DNA of 35,003 bases from positions 1-35,003 of the forward strand of contig JAAPAO010000373.1 in NCBI GenBank assembly GCA_013115145.1. The letters run 5' to 3'. Shown here piece by piece: positions 1 through 12,180 of this stretch. A program made the position numbers and the translations under genes. Numbering within the stretch: the stretch's first letter is position 1; each line of letters starts with the position of its first letter. The DNA is from Perkinsus chesapeaki ATCC PRA-425 (taxonomy: Eukaryota; Protista; Perkinsozoa). The notes under the pieces are model-generated. The model had not been told where the DNA came from. It did no database searches and saw only the letters and a list, made by a program, of their open reading frames with translations.

Positions 1-73
<73 letters not shown>
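1..73. repeat. (AAT)n microsatellite, truncated by the window edge
   Basis: Perfect AAT repeat from base 1 to 73; probably inside an intron of the minus-strand gene that runs off the window. Confidence 0.97.
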
Positions 74-282
74 GTTAAATGAGTATAGTAAATAACATAG
101 GCCTTCTCCTTCTCCCCCTCCTCCTTACCACTGACATACTCCTTTTGGACAGCCCCTGCTGCTGCTACTGCATGCAAAGGTGCATCACTAGAGAATCGTG
201 GGGTTACTAGTGATGCTAGTAACCTGTTGTTATCACTACTACCAAAGATACGATCAAATGATGATGAAGAGACAGATGCCAT
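74..282 (-). CDS. Possible first exon of a hypothetical gene continuing beyond the left edge
   Basis: ATG at 282 opens MASVSSSSFDRIFGSSDNNRLLASLVTPRFSSDAPLHAVAAAGAVQKEYVSGKEEGEKEKAY, which runs into the (ATT)n tract. No recognisable domain. Confidence 0.35.
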
Positions 283-297
283 TTAAAACAACTTCAT

Positions 298-1064
298 TTA
301 CACCATGCCGTCTGGATCAGCAATAATTGACAAAGCCAAGATATTAAGGAGTTCAAGAAACTGTTCACAAATTACAAGAGGTGCTGCAGATGGTTGAAGT
401 CGATGACCATTAGTAGCCATAGATGTGGTGTCAATGATGATGATGATTATCATGATAATAATAACAACAGGACAGGACAGTATCACTCCAACACGTGGGT
501 AGCACTACTCACCAGGAGGATGAGGAAGGCGGCTACCGTCATTTATCGTATCGTTGTTACGACCCTCCTCAGCCTTAACTAGTTCATCAACATTGGATGA
601 TGATCCTAGGACATCAGACGTTGTTGAGGTGGTGGTGGTGGACTCTACTGTATTGCCATAAACAATGGCGTTGCTATTTCCATAATCCCCAGGACGGGAA
701 GTATCGCTAACTTGGTCATCACCATCATCATCATCAATATCCTTCTCCTCATAATATGACATTGTACTCTCAGCCGAGGCGAATCGTAGAGTTCTGTGCT
801 GCTGCTGCTGGTTATGGTGATGATGGTTAGGGGTATGGGCTCCATCGGACGGTGGTGATGATGGTGATGGCGGCTAAGGACGATGACCATCATAACCATT
901 AATAAAATCAACAGTGCGTTGTTATTCGTGGTGGTAGTAGCAGTTATTACTATAAAATTAAATAGTACGTTAGAATCACAATGTAACTTTCCAATGTCGT
1001 GCATAGGAGGGATATTGTGGTGGTAGCCGACATAATAGGAGGAGGAGGAGTCCAGTAATATTCA
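298..1064 (-). CDS. Hypothetical low-complexity protein (multi-exon); 5' end uncertain
   Basis: Acceptor ccttag near 876 opens PPSPSSPPSDGAHTPNHHHHNQQQQHRTLRFASAESTMSYYEEKDIDDDD...PHPP. A gtgagt donor near 512 and a ctgcag acceptor lead to APLVICEQFLELLNILALSIIADPDGMV* (stop at 298). It could instead be an extended tail of the upstream transporter. Confidence 0.4.
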
Positions 1065-1098
1065 TGATAATAATAATAATAACATTTATACTAAACGG

Positions 1099-2761
1099 TT
1101 ATAGTACAGTAGCAGCAGCAGTAATGGTACTAGGAGTAATACTATCACTGTGAGTTATAATAAGAGGACACTTTAAATCAAGAGTAGTAGTTGGTAATGA
1201 TGATGATGACGCTGTAGTAGCAACAACAGCAGCAGTCCGATAATGATGATTTACCGGGTTAGTATCAGTAATAGAAATCCTCCTATCGTCATCATCATCA
1301 TCTGGTACTTCTGGTAACTTCTCAAACTCCCTATCAGCTTCCTCCTTAGCGTATCTACCATTATTATTATTATTATACCCTATTATTATTGTATTGTTAT
1401 TATTACCTTATTCGAAGGGTGGAATATGTTACTATACCTATAATAGATACAGCAACTGCTATAGTCTGACGTAATGATAACCAATCATCAAATAGGATCA
1501 CAGACATTAACTAAAATAATATATAATAATTAACATTATAATAATATAATACACCTCTTACTATGGTAGCAACCTCCTTTCCAATACCAGCAATACATAG
1601 AGTCAGACTGCTAGTAACCTCAACTAGACGATACTCTGCAAAAAGCAGTAGGAATGCCAATACCGCAGTGGTAGCTATTATACATAATGGAAGCACCTAA
1701 TGATAATAATAAAGGGATTAATAATAATGTTGTTGTTATTATTACAAAATGTTGAACTCCTGTAATATCAATTGGCATGGCTAGATGTGGACCATCAATT
1801 ATAATAGCAACTGGTAGTAATGCTAATGCTGATACTGGTTGGGTTAGGTACCTATAATATAAGAGAGGTGGTGGTGATGGTGGTGATGGTGGTGATGGTG
1901 GTGATGGTTACATTAGTTGTACAGCACTATATTGAGAGCATTGTGTCTGTACTAATACCCAACGGAATGCTGTACATAATACAGCTAATGCTACAAATAG
2001 TATGCCTAACCAATCATCTACTTGCATACCTATATTATCATAATGTATCATAAGATATAACCTATACACCAACTAACCTGGTACACTAGATGATATTGCA
2101 AACATAATGGTAAGGGCACAAGCCATAATTGGCCATCTAAACTTCTCAATGCCGAATAGTAACTGAATATAATAGTTATACTGTGTAATAGTAGTTGTAT
2201 GAGTGTTAAGTGGTGCTAGTTCTATTACTACCCCAACTATATATGTTACCACCACTGCACTTGATTTAACTACAGTCATAGCTGTTATTGATATCCTGGA
2301 ATATGATAGGTTTGATAAACCTATATCTAATGCTGCACATACAGCAATAGGTACAATACTAAAAATGAACAACTATCACATTACTGGATAGTGTTGGACG
2401 AAGGTATAGTATTATTATTACGCTCGCATATACTCCTTTATTGTTATAACTGGCCTATCGAATCTAGATGGCAATAGGGCAAATAGTATATACAAGACAA
2501 TCGATGTAGTAGAGAAGTGTATAAAGGTAACAATAAGAGGGAACTTTACACCAAGGTTTGAGAATAGGTATCTGTAATAATAGAGTAATGATTGTATAAG
2601 TATGTATATTAGTACTTATTAAGAGCTGTTATTGACATACTTGTAGCATACCATCCTAGAATAGCTAATGCCACTCTTATTAATTGATGGCTTGATAAAT
2701 GATGATGACGATGATTACCCACAGTTGAAGGGGAATGTGTTGTTGATGTTGATGATGACAT
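1099..2761 (-). CDS. Nucleotide-sugar/triose-phosphate transporter family (TPT/SLC35, SLC35C2-like)
   Basis: Spliced exons give ILGWYATSMSITALNKYLFSNLGVKFPLIVTFIHF, AIVPIAVCAALDIGLSNLSYSRISITAMTVVKSS, LFGIEKFRW, AFRWVLVQ, LLFAEYRLVEVTSSLTLCIAGIGKEVATI and ILFDDWLS. These are typical SLC35C2/TPT motifs with many transmembrane segments. Confidence 0.85.
1867..1908. repeat. Intronic (GGT/GAT) compound microsatellite, GGTGGTGAT units
   Basis: Seen directly; lies in an intron of the transporter gene. Confidence 0.85.
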
Positions 2762-2874
2762 TAAGGGGTTACGATAAGGATGATGATGGGGGCATATAAT
2801 TAAGATATACTGGTACAAGTGGTAATGATTAATACAGTATACACAATATACAAGGTGTACAATAAGAGACAATA

Positions 2875-4095
2875 TTATAATATACCAGCTATCATGTATT
2901 CACATTTAGGGCAGAATAAAGCCTGCTGAGCAGCAGCAGCAGCAGTTACTAAACCATGCTGCTCTGTACGATCCCTGGTACGAAATGAAGTACCACAGTT
3001 AGGGCATTGAACCTAATACATTTTATATTAATAACCGCAGCATATACTGTTATATAACCCTTATGAACATAGGTGCTGCTGCTGCTCCTCCACTATTATC
3101 CATAGTATTCTTCCCTAAAGACTCCTGTGCAAGTTGAAGATTGGTAAGATTCTCCCTATGCCTCCTATCCTCCTCTTGGCCACCACCACCACCATCCTCT
3201 GATATCTACCACACTACAGTGGTATACTATTACTATGTATAGTATTAATATCACCGATGCTGATGATGGTAATGATGTATTTATTAAACTAGTATCTTTA
3301 ACAGTATTACCCAATACTGTCGTCCCTCGATGTGTTGTCTGATGATGACGAATGATAGATAGTGTACATTGGTATATACTACAGATACTCCTCTATGGTT
3401 ATCATCTTCATCATTATAATCCATCCCCTCCAATTGCCTTGTTATCCTTTCAACCTTTTCTTTATTACGTAATGATGCTGTTAATGCTGATAATAGGCAT
3501 GTACATAAAGCACATATACCCAATACAATAACACCTATATATCTAAACCAATACATAACATATAGCAACAGGCAGCAGCAGCAGCAGCAGCAGCAGCAAA
3601 CATCTACTACTACTACTACTAACAAGCACTTACAATACAAGCGGTTTCTCACTGCACTCTGAGAAGGCATTATCACATTCACCTTGGCATCTTGTAGAAT
3701 ACCTTAAACCTTAGGATAATAATAGTAATATAGGTTATATTATTACTCTTCCTTTTCATTAGTAATGTCAGCCTTTTCTTCCTCTGTTAATGTATCCACT
3801 AGCTCCTCCCATCTACACTATTATCCTCTCTATTCATCCCTATAGGGTTATATACCTTCTAACACATACACCAGAGCATATATCCCCCTCTTTACGACAT
3901 ATACCCTGTTCCTCAGATGCTGCTATAAGGAGGGCAATTACTGGTAATAATAATAACACCTAGTATTATCCATTATTATGTACCCCTAACAACAACAAGC
4001 CATTGTTCTACTACCGTTATTGCTATATTAAGTGGCCATTGCTCCTTTACTTTATTATCTTGCCGTATCCTCTCAAGCTCTGCTATACTTAACAT
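2875..4095 (-). CDS. Hypothetical membrane protein with a Cys-rich loop and a C-terminal C4 zinc-ribbon-like motif
   Basis: Spliced model: MLSIAELERIRQDNK..WLVVVRVLLLLPVIALLIAA (TM), GICRKEGICSGVCVRRW..RCQGECDNAFSECSEK, YIGVIVLGICALCTCLLSAL (TM), acidic linker, then VQCPNCGTSF..LFCPKCEYMIAGIL*. All introns used are GT-AG. Confidence 0.6.
3572..3621. repeat. Intronic compound microsatellite (GCA)9 plus (CTA)6
   Basis: Seen directly. It produces the spurious poly-Cys and poly-Val runs in the ORF-track entry 3284..3682. Confidence 0.9.
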
Positions 4096-4196
4096 TATAA
4101 GAGATAACTAACTAATATACCCACAGCACAGTATATAACACAATAACAGGTGCGAAGAGGGGGAGGAGACAATAATACAACTTAGTAGTAATATCG

Positions 4197-5841
4197 TTAA
4201 TCACTCACACTACCAGCATCAGGGTCACCGGAATCGGTCATACCCTTCATAGTCCTTCGCCTCTTCTTATATTGTTGTTTTAGACTATGTATACCTCTAG
4301 CTCCACTTGGTGAACTAGATCCCATACCAGACTCAAGGAATGCCTCACTCATACCTATACTTTATTATTATAACCCACTACTCTATCCTAAATCTACTAC
4401 TACCTCTTCGTCCCATCATATCTTTCCTTCTTGAGCCAGCTGATAGTGCAAATCGACTATCCTCCAATGACTGTTCAGCTCTTGCTTGGGCGGCAAGGAC
4501 CTCATCCGTTGTAGTTAGACTTGTCTTCTTCTTTTGACCCTTTAAGCTGCTGCCATGTGGTCGTATAACCCAGCGTGCTAGATTCTTATGTGTTCTAGAT
4601 TCCAATGATCCTGGTGTTACTGTTAATTGTGAGGTACATAACTACATGACATCATTATTATTATTACTGTATAAACCTATTACACTATACCTACCCCATG
4701 ACAGCTCATATCATTAACATTACCCAATACAGGTACACCATTATGGGTATATCCTGGTGGTGGATTGGTATCCCCTTTATCATAGACATATACCCTTTCC
4801 TCACGCTTTAATACTTTAAATGATTCTTTACCAACCATTAATGTTAGGCTACCATCAGCCCATTCAATTAACCTATATACTATTATAATCATCTATACTC
4901 ATGTAGCATCATCACCTAGCATTAGATTCCATCTCCTTTTTATCACTACCCTCCTTAAACCGCCATCTTATAGAGTTCTCAGCTCGACTAGTAAGAGCTG
5001 CTCTACCCTTCTCATCTGGGCATTTATCTAATGCAGCTGCATGTAGCAATGGGAAGGTATCCCGTGAGAATGGTATCCTAATGACCGAGTTTATGCTACT
5101 ATAAGATATATAACATTACGGATCTATTCCAGTAACAGTAGGCATAAGCTTAACTATATGGCATTTACCATCTGAGAATACACCATCTGGAGCATTCTCA
5201 TGTACCTATTATGCTAGTGGTATGTTAATATGTAGCCCATGTGAGTTACATACCCTAACAGTATGTATTTTACCCCGAGGTGATCGACTACCATCCTCTG
5301 ATGTAATGCCACCGTCCTCGCTATGTGTACTCTTATTATCATCATCATTACCCATCCCTGTACTTGATGCATCACTATCATCATCAACATTAACTAATCT
5401 TTCCTCCTCCTCAGCAGCAGCAGGATGGGCTTCAGCTGCATCAGCTATCTCCTTCTCTTTAGCCTATTCATAAGGTATATTGTTATTATTGATAACTACC
5501 ATACTACCACTGCTGCTGCTGCCTTCTTAGCCTCCTCCCTTTCATCATCAGATTCCCCAAATAGATTATTATCACTATCATCAGATGTTGTAGTACGCTG
5601 TTTAGTATCATCCATCTCTACATCCCCACCAGTCTAATATATACCATATCGAGCTATAACCCACCCTTATTACCTCCTCAATATCACCAAATAGATCACC
5701 ATCATTAGTTGTCTCATCCTTCCCTTTCATTTCATCCTTCCCATTCATATCTTTATTTCCCGTCTCTACTGTATCCTTATTATCATCCTCACTATCTGAT
5801 GATCCAAATAGATCTGAATCACCACTGCTGTTGACCGACAT
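4197..5841 (-). CDS. LEO1: RNA polymerase-associated Paf1 complex subunit Leo1
   Basis: Acidic N-terminus (MSVNSSGDSDLFGSSDSEDD..GDLFGD) and the Leo1 core ENSIRWRFKEGSDKKEMESNAR|LIEWADGSLTLMVGKE. Stop TAA at 4197-4199. Confidence 0.85.
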
Positions 5842-6018
5842 CAATGGGGTCTTGGCTACTGATATAATAACAACATTACTCAACACCACCACCACCCGAA
5901 GAACAAGGCAACAACAAGAGTAAGATCCATTTTCGACACTCGCGTGCGCCATAATAATCGATATGGCTTCTGCCTATCGTTGTTGTTGCTCTCCTTGCTG
6001 CTGGGGTTGGGCAACACT
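5842..6018. promoter_or_regulatory. Divergent (strand-switch) intergenic region between LEO1 and the SUMO protease
   Basis: 177 bp between the two start codons. It contains a local CG-rich patch (tcgacactcgcgtgcgcc, about 5933-5950) in an otherwise CG-poor region. Promoter function is inferred. Confidence 0.5.
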
Positions 6019-8193
6019 ATGACAAGATCCTCCAGTGGTATAATAGAAGGGTCTAGTGAATCATCTTGGAGACGTATTGGATCATTTATTGCTAATACAT
6101 TTAAATCATTAATAACTAGGAAAAGGCCTAGAATGGAGGATGATGAAGTATTAGATGATAATATACCACCACCAACAACTAGACGAAGGAAGTATACATC
6201 TCATACTAGGCAAGAGCATCAACAACCAACATCATCAGAGCCATCGGAGAGGTTAGTTAGACTAACACGGTAATAACATGATTAATAGTATAATAGTATC
6301 ATGTTAGGCACACTGGTGTGGTTAATAATAAAAGGAGTAATGATGATGGTATAATAGATATAGAAAACTGTTTACCAAGTTATCATCTATATCTTAATAC
6401 CTTTCCTGGTCCTACCTCATTATTACCTATTAACCTTGACTCTAATACAGTATGCCGTAGATTATCATTAGGCAATAGTATAATACCATCATCTAATAAT
6501 AATACATTAATGAAGCGTAGAGCAAGTGATCCAGCCTTACCTACTCTATCTAATCATCAACAACAACGCCAAATAGATGATTTACAAATGCGTAATGATA
6601 TCCTAACATCAGCATGCCTACACTCATTACATCTTAAAGATCATAATGGTCTGAAGGCAGTCGAATATAGTCGTCGGCAGCAGCAGCAGCCTAATATACG
6701 GTTTAGAAGTGGGGTTAAAGATATACTGGCTAAAAAGGATCAATGGCGACCACCACCTATCACTACTACTGCAGCACTACCTGGAAGAAGGTTAATAACC
6801 CAACAACATGAATACACATTAGAAGAGTATAGACAAGCTGCTGAACAATCAGCTGCATCTGAAGGTTATATAGTGAGGATGGGGGAGGTAAGCGACCATA
6901 ATAGTTGATATTGGGGAATAGTGTTGGTAGCTTGGTAAACAGAAGACTGACCTTAGGGAACGTTTAGATAGGCTAAAGGAAGAGGAGAAGGCATTACGAG
7001 CTAAGAAAGGTAGTATAGTGTATAGGAAGGGTCAAATGGGAAGTATGCTCTAGCAGCAGCTGCACCTCAAATACCTACAGAGCCAGAGTCACCTACTGCA
7101 CGAGTAAGGCGACCATCATGGATGATACTAACTGAGGAGGAAAATATGGATGCAAGAGCATTACTATGCAGGACTGGGTAGTAGTATTGATGGGTAGATA
7201 TGATGGATGTAGTGGTGAAATTATAGACCTGAACTACTGGCACCAGAGAAGTTTAATATAGATATAACAGCACATACTATAGCATGCTTACAACAAGGTA
7301 GATGGTTAAATGATGAAGTTGTTAACTATTACTTTATGATGTTACAAGTAATATATAATACTTAGTAATATTGGGGATATAGTATATATAGGATAGAAGT
7401 GACCGAAGTAAAGGTGGCTCACTACCAAAGACATTCCTATGGAATTCATTCTTTTGGCAGAAGCTTAGCTCTAATGCCTCTGGAGCATATGATTATAAAG
7501 CAGTGGCTAGGTAGTAGGGTATAGTAAGTATAACTAAGGACTCAACACTGTATAGGTGGACTAAACGACGGAAGGCTGATATATTCTCATTTGATAGGAT
7601 GATTGTACCTATTCATGTTGGAAAGACAGTAGGTTGTTGATTGTTATCTTATTACCTAACTTGATATTATCCCTAACTTAGCATTGGGCACTTGGTGTAG
7701 TAGACTTGAAGGAATGTACATTAAGTTATTATGATTCATTAGGAGCATCTCATCCTAAGTTTTATGAGTAATATGATAAAGTGGGGTATGTTATATATTG
7801 GTTATTAGTTATATATCACGGTATATTGAGGATGAACATAAGGATAAGAAGTCTAGGGCACCATTAAGGAATCCTAAAGAATGGCAAAAACGTGATGCTG
7901 TTATAACACCTAGTTGCATTGTAATATTATATATAGGCTCATAATATGGTAATATGGCAATACCTAGGTACCTAGACAGAATAATTCAAATGATTGTGGT
8001 GTATTTATGTGCATGTTTGCTGAGGCTGTTTCAGGAGGAAGGTAGTATATAGAGTATATCATAGGGGGTAATAAGGTGATGATGAGTGGTATATAGGTCT
8101 ATAGTGGAGGTATTGCAGGATATTATACCTGATATGCGGTATAAGATGGTAACACAGATAGCAGCTGGTTATATACCAGGTCCTAATGATTGA
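6019..8193 (+). CDS. ULP1: Ulp1/SENP-family SUMO protease (peptidase C48)
   Basis: Spliced catalytic domain GRWLNDEVVNYYFMML, WNSFFWQKL, WTKRRKADIFSFDRMIVPIHVGKTHWALGVVD, YYDSLG, VPRQNNSNDCGVFMC. The His-Asp-Cys triad and oxyanion Gln are present, after a long low-complexity N-terminus. Confidence 0.93.
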
Positions 8194-8329
8194 ATACGTA
8201 ATCTTCCACCACTGTATGTTTCTATTAACGTTTGTGAACCATTTAACCTTAATAGTAACCTGTATTTAGTTAAGTGCAGCTATACGGGCTGATGATGCTG
8301 TATACTAGATTTAGTTTGACTTTTTTATT

Positions 8330-11164
8330 ATGTATACCAAGTTTGGTAGTAGGACTCGGGCCGTACTTATACCTCTAACAGCTCCTACCCTAGCAGCAAT
8401 AGTGGCTACTAAGACAGCATTAACAGAGGAAAAACAACAACAGCAGCAGCAGGCTACTAAGATAAAGGGAGGCAAAAACAACAATACTCAACATGGGAGG
8501 CAGGTTGTATGGATGTTTGGTGATCGTAGTAGTATACCTTATGGTGCTGGAGCTGATCTTACTAGGTAATCTGAGGTGTAATATGGTACTTATAGAGAAT
8601 TTAGGCCAACACCGATAGAGTGGTTTAGTCGACATGATTGTATGTGGAAGCAAGTTGCTATAGGAACACGGTTTGGTGCAGCACGGGATGATAAAGGGAA
8701 GGTTTATATATGGGGACAGAAGAAAGTAGCCGATTTACCAGAGGCAGAGAAAAGACGGTTAAAAAGGATGGAGCTACCTTTACCAGAAGGGAAGTGAGGG
8801 TATTGTATAGCATACTGTGATCATAGGGGATATATAGGTATGTACCACCATTCCTATTGAAGGCATTAGAGGGGTATGAACCAATAACTGATATACAGGT
8901 CTCTGAGGATAGACTATTTAGTAAGGAATACAAGCTAGTGGCATATCTATCAGTATTATTGTAGTACTAACATCACGGGGGAAGGTATTGACTTGGTCGA
9001 TAGAGGAATTATTGGACTCCGTGGTGGATGACGATAAGGGGACAGCTGCTGCTGGCACAACTGAACCCCAAGAATTTGATGGTCTACCAACATTAAAGTG
9101 GTGGTGGTTACCTCGAAGTGAGCTGCTGCTGCTGCTGCCGTAGTATTGGTTGTTGTTGTTATTATAGGTTGGGGTAATGCTATACGATATATGTCAGTCG
9201 GTAGAAGGCATGCTGGATTTATAGATGATTATGGTCATACTTATATGGTGGGGGATAATACATTTGGACAGTGTGGTAGGAAAATAAAGGCTAAGAATGT
9301 TAATCCAGAGGTGCTTATGAAAGGGGAGTAGATAGGTTAATGATTGTTAGTGTTGGTGTTATTATTGTAGGATGGGACACTTATGCCGATAGTGGAAAGC
9401 CGTGATCCTCCAGATTGGTTTGGGTTACCAGCTAAACCTTTAACTAGTGTACCAGGGAAGGCAACTCAAGTAGGAGGGCTCTTGTTGTTATTGTTATAAA
9501 GTATAGCTATAGCAGGGTTATTGTTATATTAGGTATCATGTGGTGGTAGACATAGTATGGTATTAGGGGAGGATGGTAGAGTATGGGCATTTGGTGATGA
9601 TAGTAGGATACAGTTAGCATTAGGAGATACAAGGTAATAATAAGTTAGTAATAGATTGATGGTAGGTAATGATGATGATAAGGTAGGTCTAAACCACAGG
9701 ATATGATGGGACCTGGTAAAAAGGGATGGGATAATTTATATAATATGGGGGATGAGAAAATGTATAAATTAGGGGATAATCCCCATGCCCCTAGAGTAAG
9801 GACATAGTACATGTTATTGTTGTTAATAATAGTAGTATAATGTAAGTATAGGTACAGTATAGCTATTATGATCCACATTGTCAATGGCGTCCAAAGCTAA
9901 CACAGCCACCTCCACCACGTAGTGGTAAACCATTTACCTCTCCATTATGGATACATCTTGGTAATAAGATATCAGTATTCTGCCATGAAGATGAACCTGA
10001 TTGGGCATCAAAGCGTCCACCATCAAGTAAGGTGAATTGAAGTAGAGTGGAAGGTAGTGAGACAGCGGCCGTGGTGGGTTTATTAGATGATGATGAAGGG
10101 CTGAGTGTTTTGGATGAAGAGAAGGCAAGGAGATCCAAGGATGTTGAATGCAATATATTATTTGCATGTGGGGAGAATCTATATGGGGAATGTGGTAGGA
10201 ATACACAACGTCATCAACAAGGGTTATATCCTGTTAGACTCCCTAAGTACTAATAACAAACATGATTCAATGGTATTATTGTTATTATTATTTAGGTTTA
10301 CTAAGGTAGAGGAAGTACAGTGTGGATCACAGCATTGCCTATGTCGACTTAGTGATGGTACAGTATATACCTGGGGTAGGAATCAACAAGGACAGGTAGG
10401 ATATACAAGTGGTGGTTATTGGTAATAGAGGGTATATTAGGGAGGTGTTGGTAATAGGGCAACTGTATGCCCACCAGCAGCAGTATTAGGTAGTAGGCAA
10501 AGGGGGCCATTGAGGAGGGATGTAGAGACCAATGATAGTACAGCAAGGAAGGAGGCACATGTTACAACAAAGGTAGTGGTGATGCTGTATATACAGCATA
10601 GTTGGATGGGATAGTATTCAGCATGTGAGTGATACATCATATATATCATTTGATGAGAAGGATATGATACCAATACCAGAGGAACAACAGACATGGAGGC
10701 AAAGGGTGGAAGCACGAATAGCTGATTTAAAACATATATTTGTTACGGTACTCTACGGCATCTTAAAGGTGATAGTGTTTGATAGGAGCCATCCATGCCT
10801 GATTTGGAGAAGAAATCCAAACCTAGTGAGCACACTGGACCACTTGAGAAGGCACAGCTTACAACTGAAGGTAGTAGTTTATAATAAAGGGATTACAGTG
10901 ATATGTGTTGCTGCCGCTGCGGCTGCCGCTGCAGAGCAAATGCCATGGCGTCCAGTACATGTAGCTGCTGGTGGTAATAGTAGTGCTATAATAGCAGTAT
11001 GGGAACAGTCAGTAGCTGATGCTATTAATGAGGAGAAGGAAAGGCAAATGGAAGAGAATGCACAATTAATAGCAAAGCAAATGGAAGAGTTAAAAAAGAG
11101 GAAGGATGCTCTTGCAGCTGCTGGCATCACATCAACAGGCAGCAATAATGATGATGATGCATAA
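8330..11164 (+). CDS. RCC1-repeat beta-propeller protein, possibly mitochondrial
   Basis: Repeated RCC1 motifs: VAIGTRFGAARDDKGKVYIWG, SVGRRHAGFIDDYGHTYMVGDNTFGQCG, SCGGRHSMVLGEDGRVWAFGDD, LFACGENLYGECG, CGSQHCLCRLSDGTVYTWGRNQQGQVG, VAAGGNSS. C-terminus is coiled-coil-like. Confidence 0.85.
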
Positions 11165-11310
11165 TACTGATGAGTTACTACTTTTACTATGTCATGTAAT
11201 GTGATGTTGACACGTTTCTGTTATCTAAATAGCAGCACTGAGTTCCATCATCCTGGCTGATTCTTACCATAGTAGTATAACGTATATTTTAAGCACCTCT
11301 CATCATCAAC

Positions 11311-12100
11311 ATGCCTGGATGCCATGGTGGTGGGGGATGTAATTGTAAGAATGATGAGGAGGTTAATGATATACCTGGTAATAGGGATAACTACTGATGT
11401 TTATAGGTGATGAGGATATAAGGTATAACATGGCTTAATCCATATGTATCAACTAAACAAACAGTAGCTTATGGTGAAGCAGAGGCAGGGTCTACTGTAG
11501 GGTTATTTAGAGGGTATTCCCAACGATTAGATGATCGTATAATATGTAAAAGTGAAGATGATGATGCTAATATAGTGGTACATGTTGTATTCGAATGCCC
11601 AGTTAAGATAACATCATTACTTATTATTGGTGGGGATGATGGACATAGCCCTAATAAAGTAAGGCTATTGGCTAACCATCCTAATCCTGACTTTGCTACT
11701 ATAACAGAGTGTGGATGGGAAACACAGGTGAGTATAGATGGTAGAGCTGGTGTATGTACTATACTCTTTGTTAGTCCCTTGACCTTGTTGAGGATTTCTG
11801 TGGTTCTATTGAGTATCCAGTTAAGGTTGCTAAATTTGCTAATGTATCATCATTATCTATGCATTTCCCTAGTAATAATAGACCAGATGATGATGAAGAT
11901 ATATCAACAATACTCCATTGGATAGGTATTAAAGGTGTAGCTAGTGGTAATAATAATATATCTACTGCATTAATCCTAATAATAATGATATAGGTACTAA
12001 ACGTTCAGCTGTAGTTAGTGTATATGAATCACAAGCTAATGTTAAAGATCACGAAGTTAAAGATGATGCACTTGGTGGAATGAACTTGGGCGTATCTTAA
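11311..12100 (+). CDS. PITHD1: PITH domain-containing protein 1-like
   Basis: MPGCHGGGGCNC N-terminus, then RLDDRIICKSEDDDANIVVHVVFECPVKITSL..SPNKVRLLANHPNPDF, EYPVKVAKFANVSSLSMHF, IGIKG and VYESQANVKDH, matching the PITHD1 pattern. Confidence 0.85.
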
Positions 12101-12180
12101 TGTCGTTTCATATCAATTGATTTTGTTGTTGATACCATATTAGTTAGTGATTAGGTGTGCTCTCTTCTTCCTCTTTGATA

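Noticed and set aside
1-73. (AAT)n as a telomere or CRISPR-like array
   Set aside because: It is a simple trinucleotide microsatellite with no spacers and no G-rich telomeric unit.
2330-2430. Apparent GC-AG intron in the transporter (CGA|gcgtaat)
   Set aside because: A canonical GT donor two bases later, joined to the ttttag acceptor, restores the frame YMRAIVPIAVC.
394-10715. Many ORF-track entries with poly-I, V, C, H, T or L runs (e.g. 394..582, 1820..2053, 3284..3682 N-terminus, 5222..5637, 8420..8933, 9645..10715 minus)
   Set aside because: They are antisense shadows of real exons or translations of intronic triplet microsatellites.
11378-11406. Apparent 29-nt micro-intron in PITHD1
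   Set aside because: That acceptor leads to an in-frame stop. The AG at 11421-11422 gives a normal 45-nt intron and the right frame.
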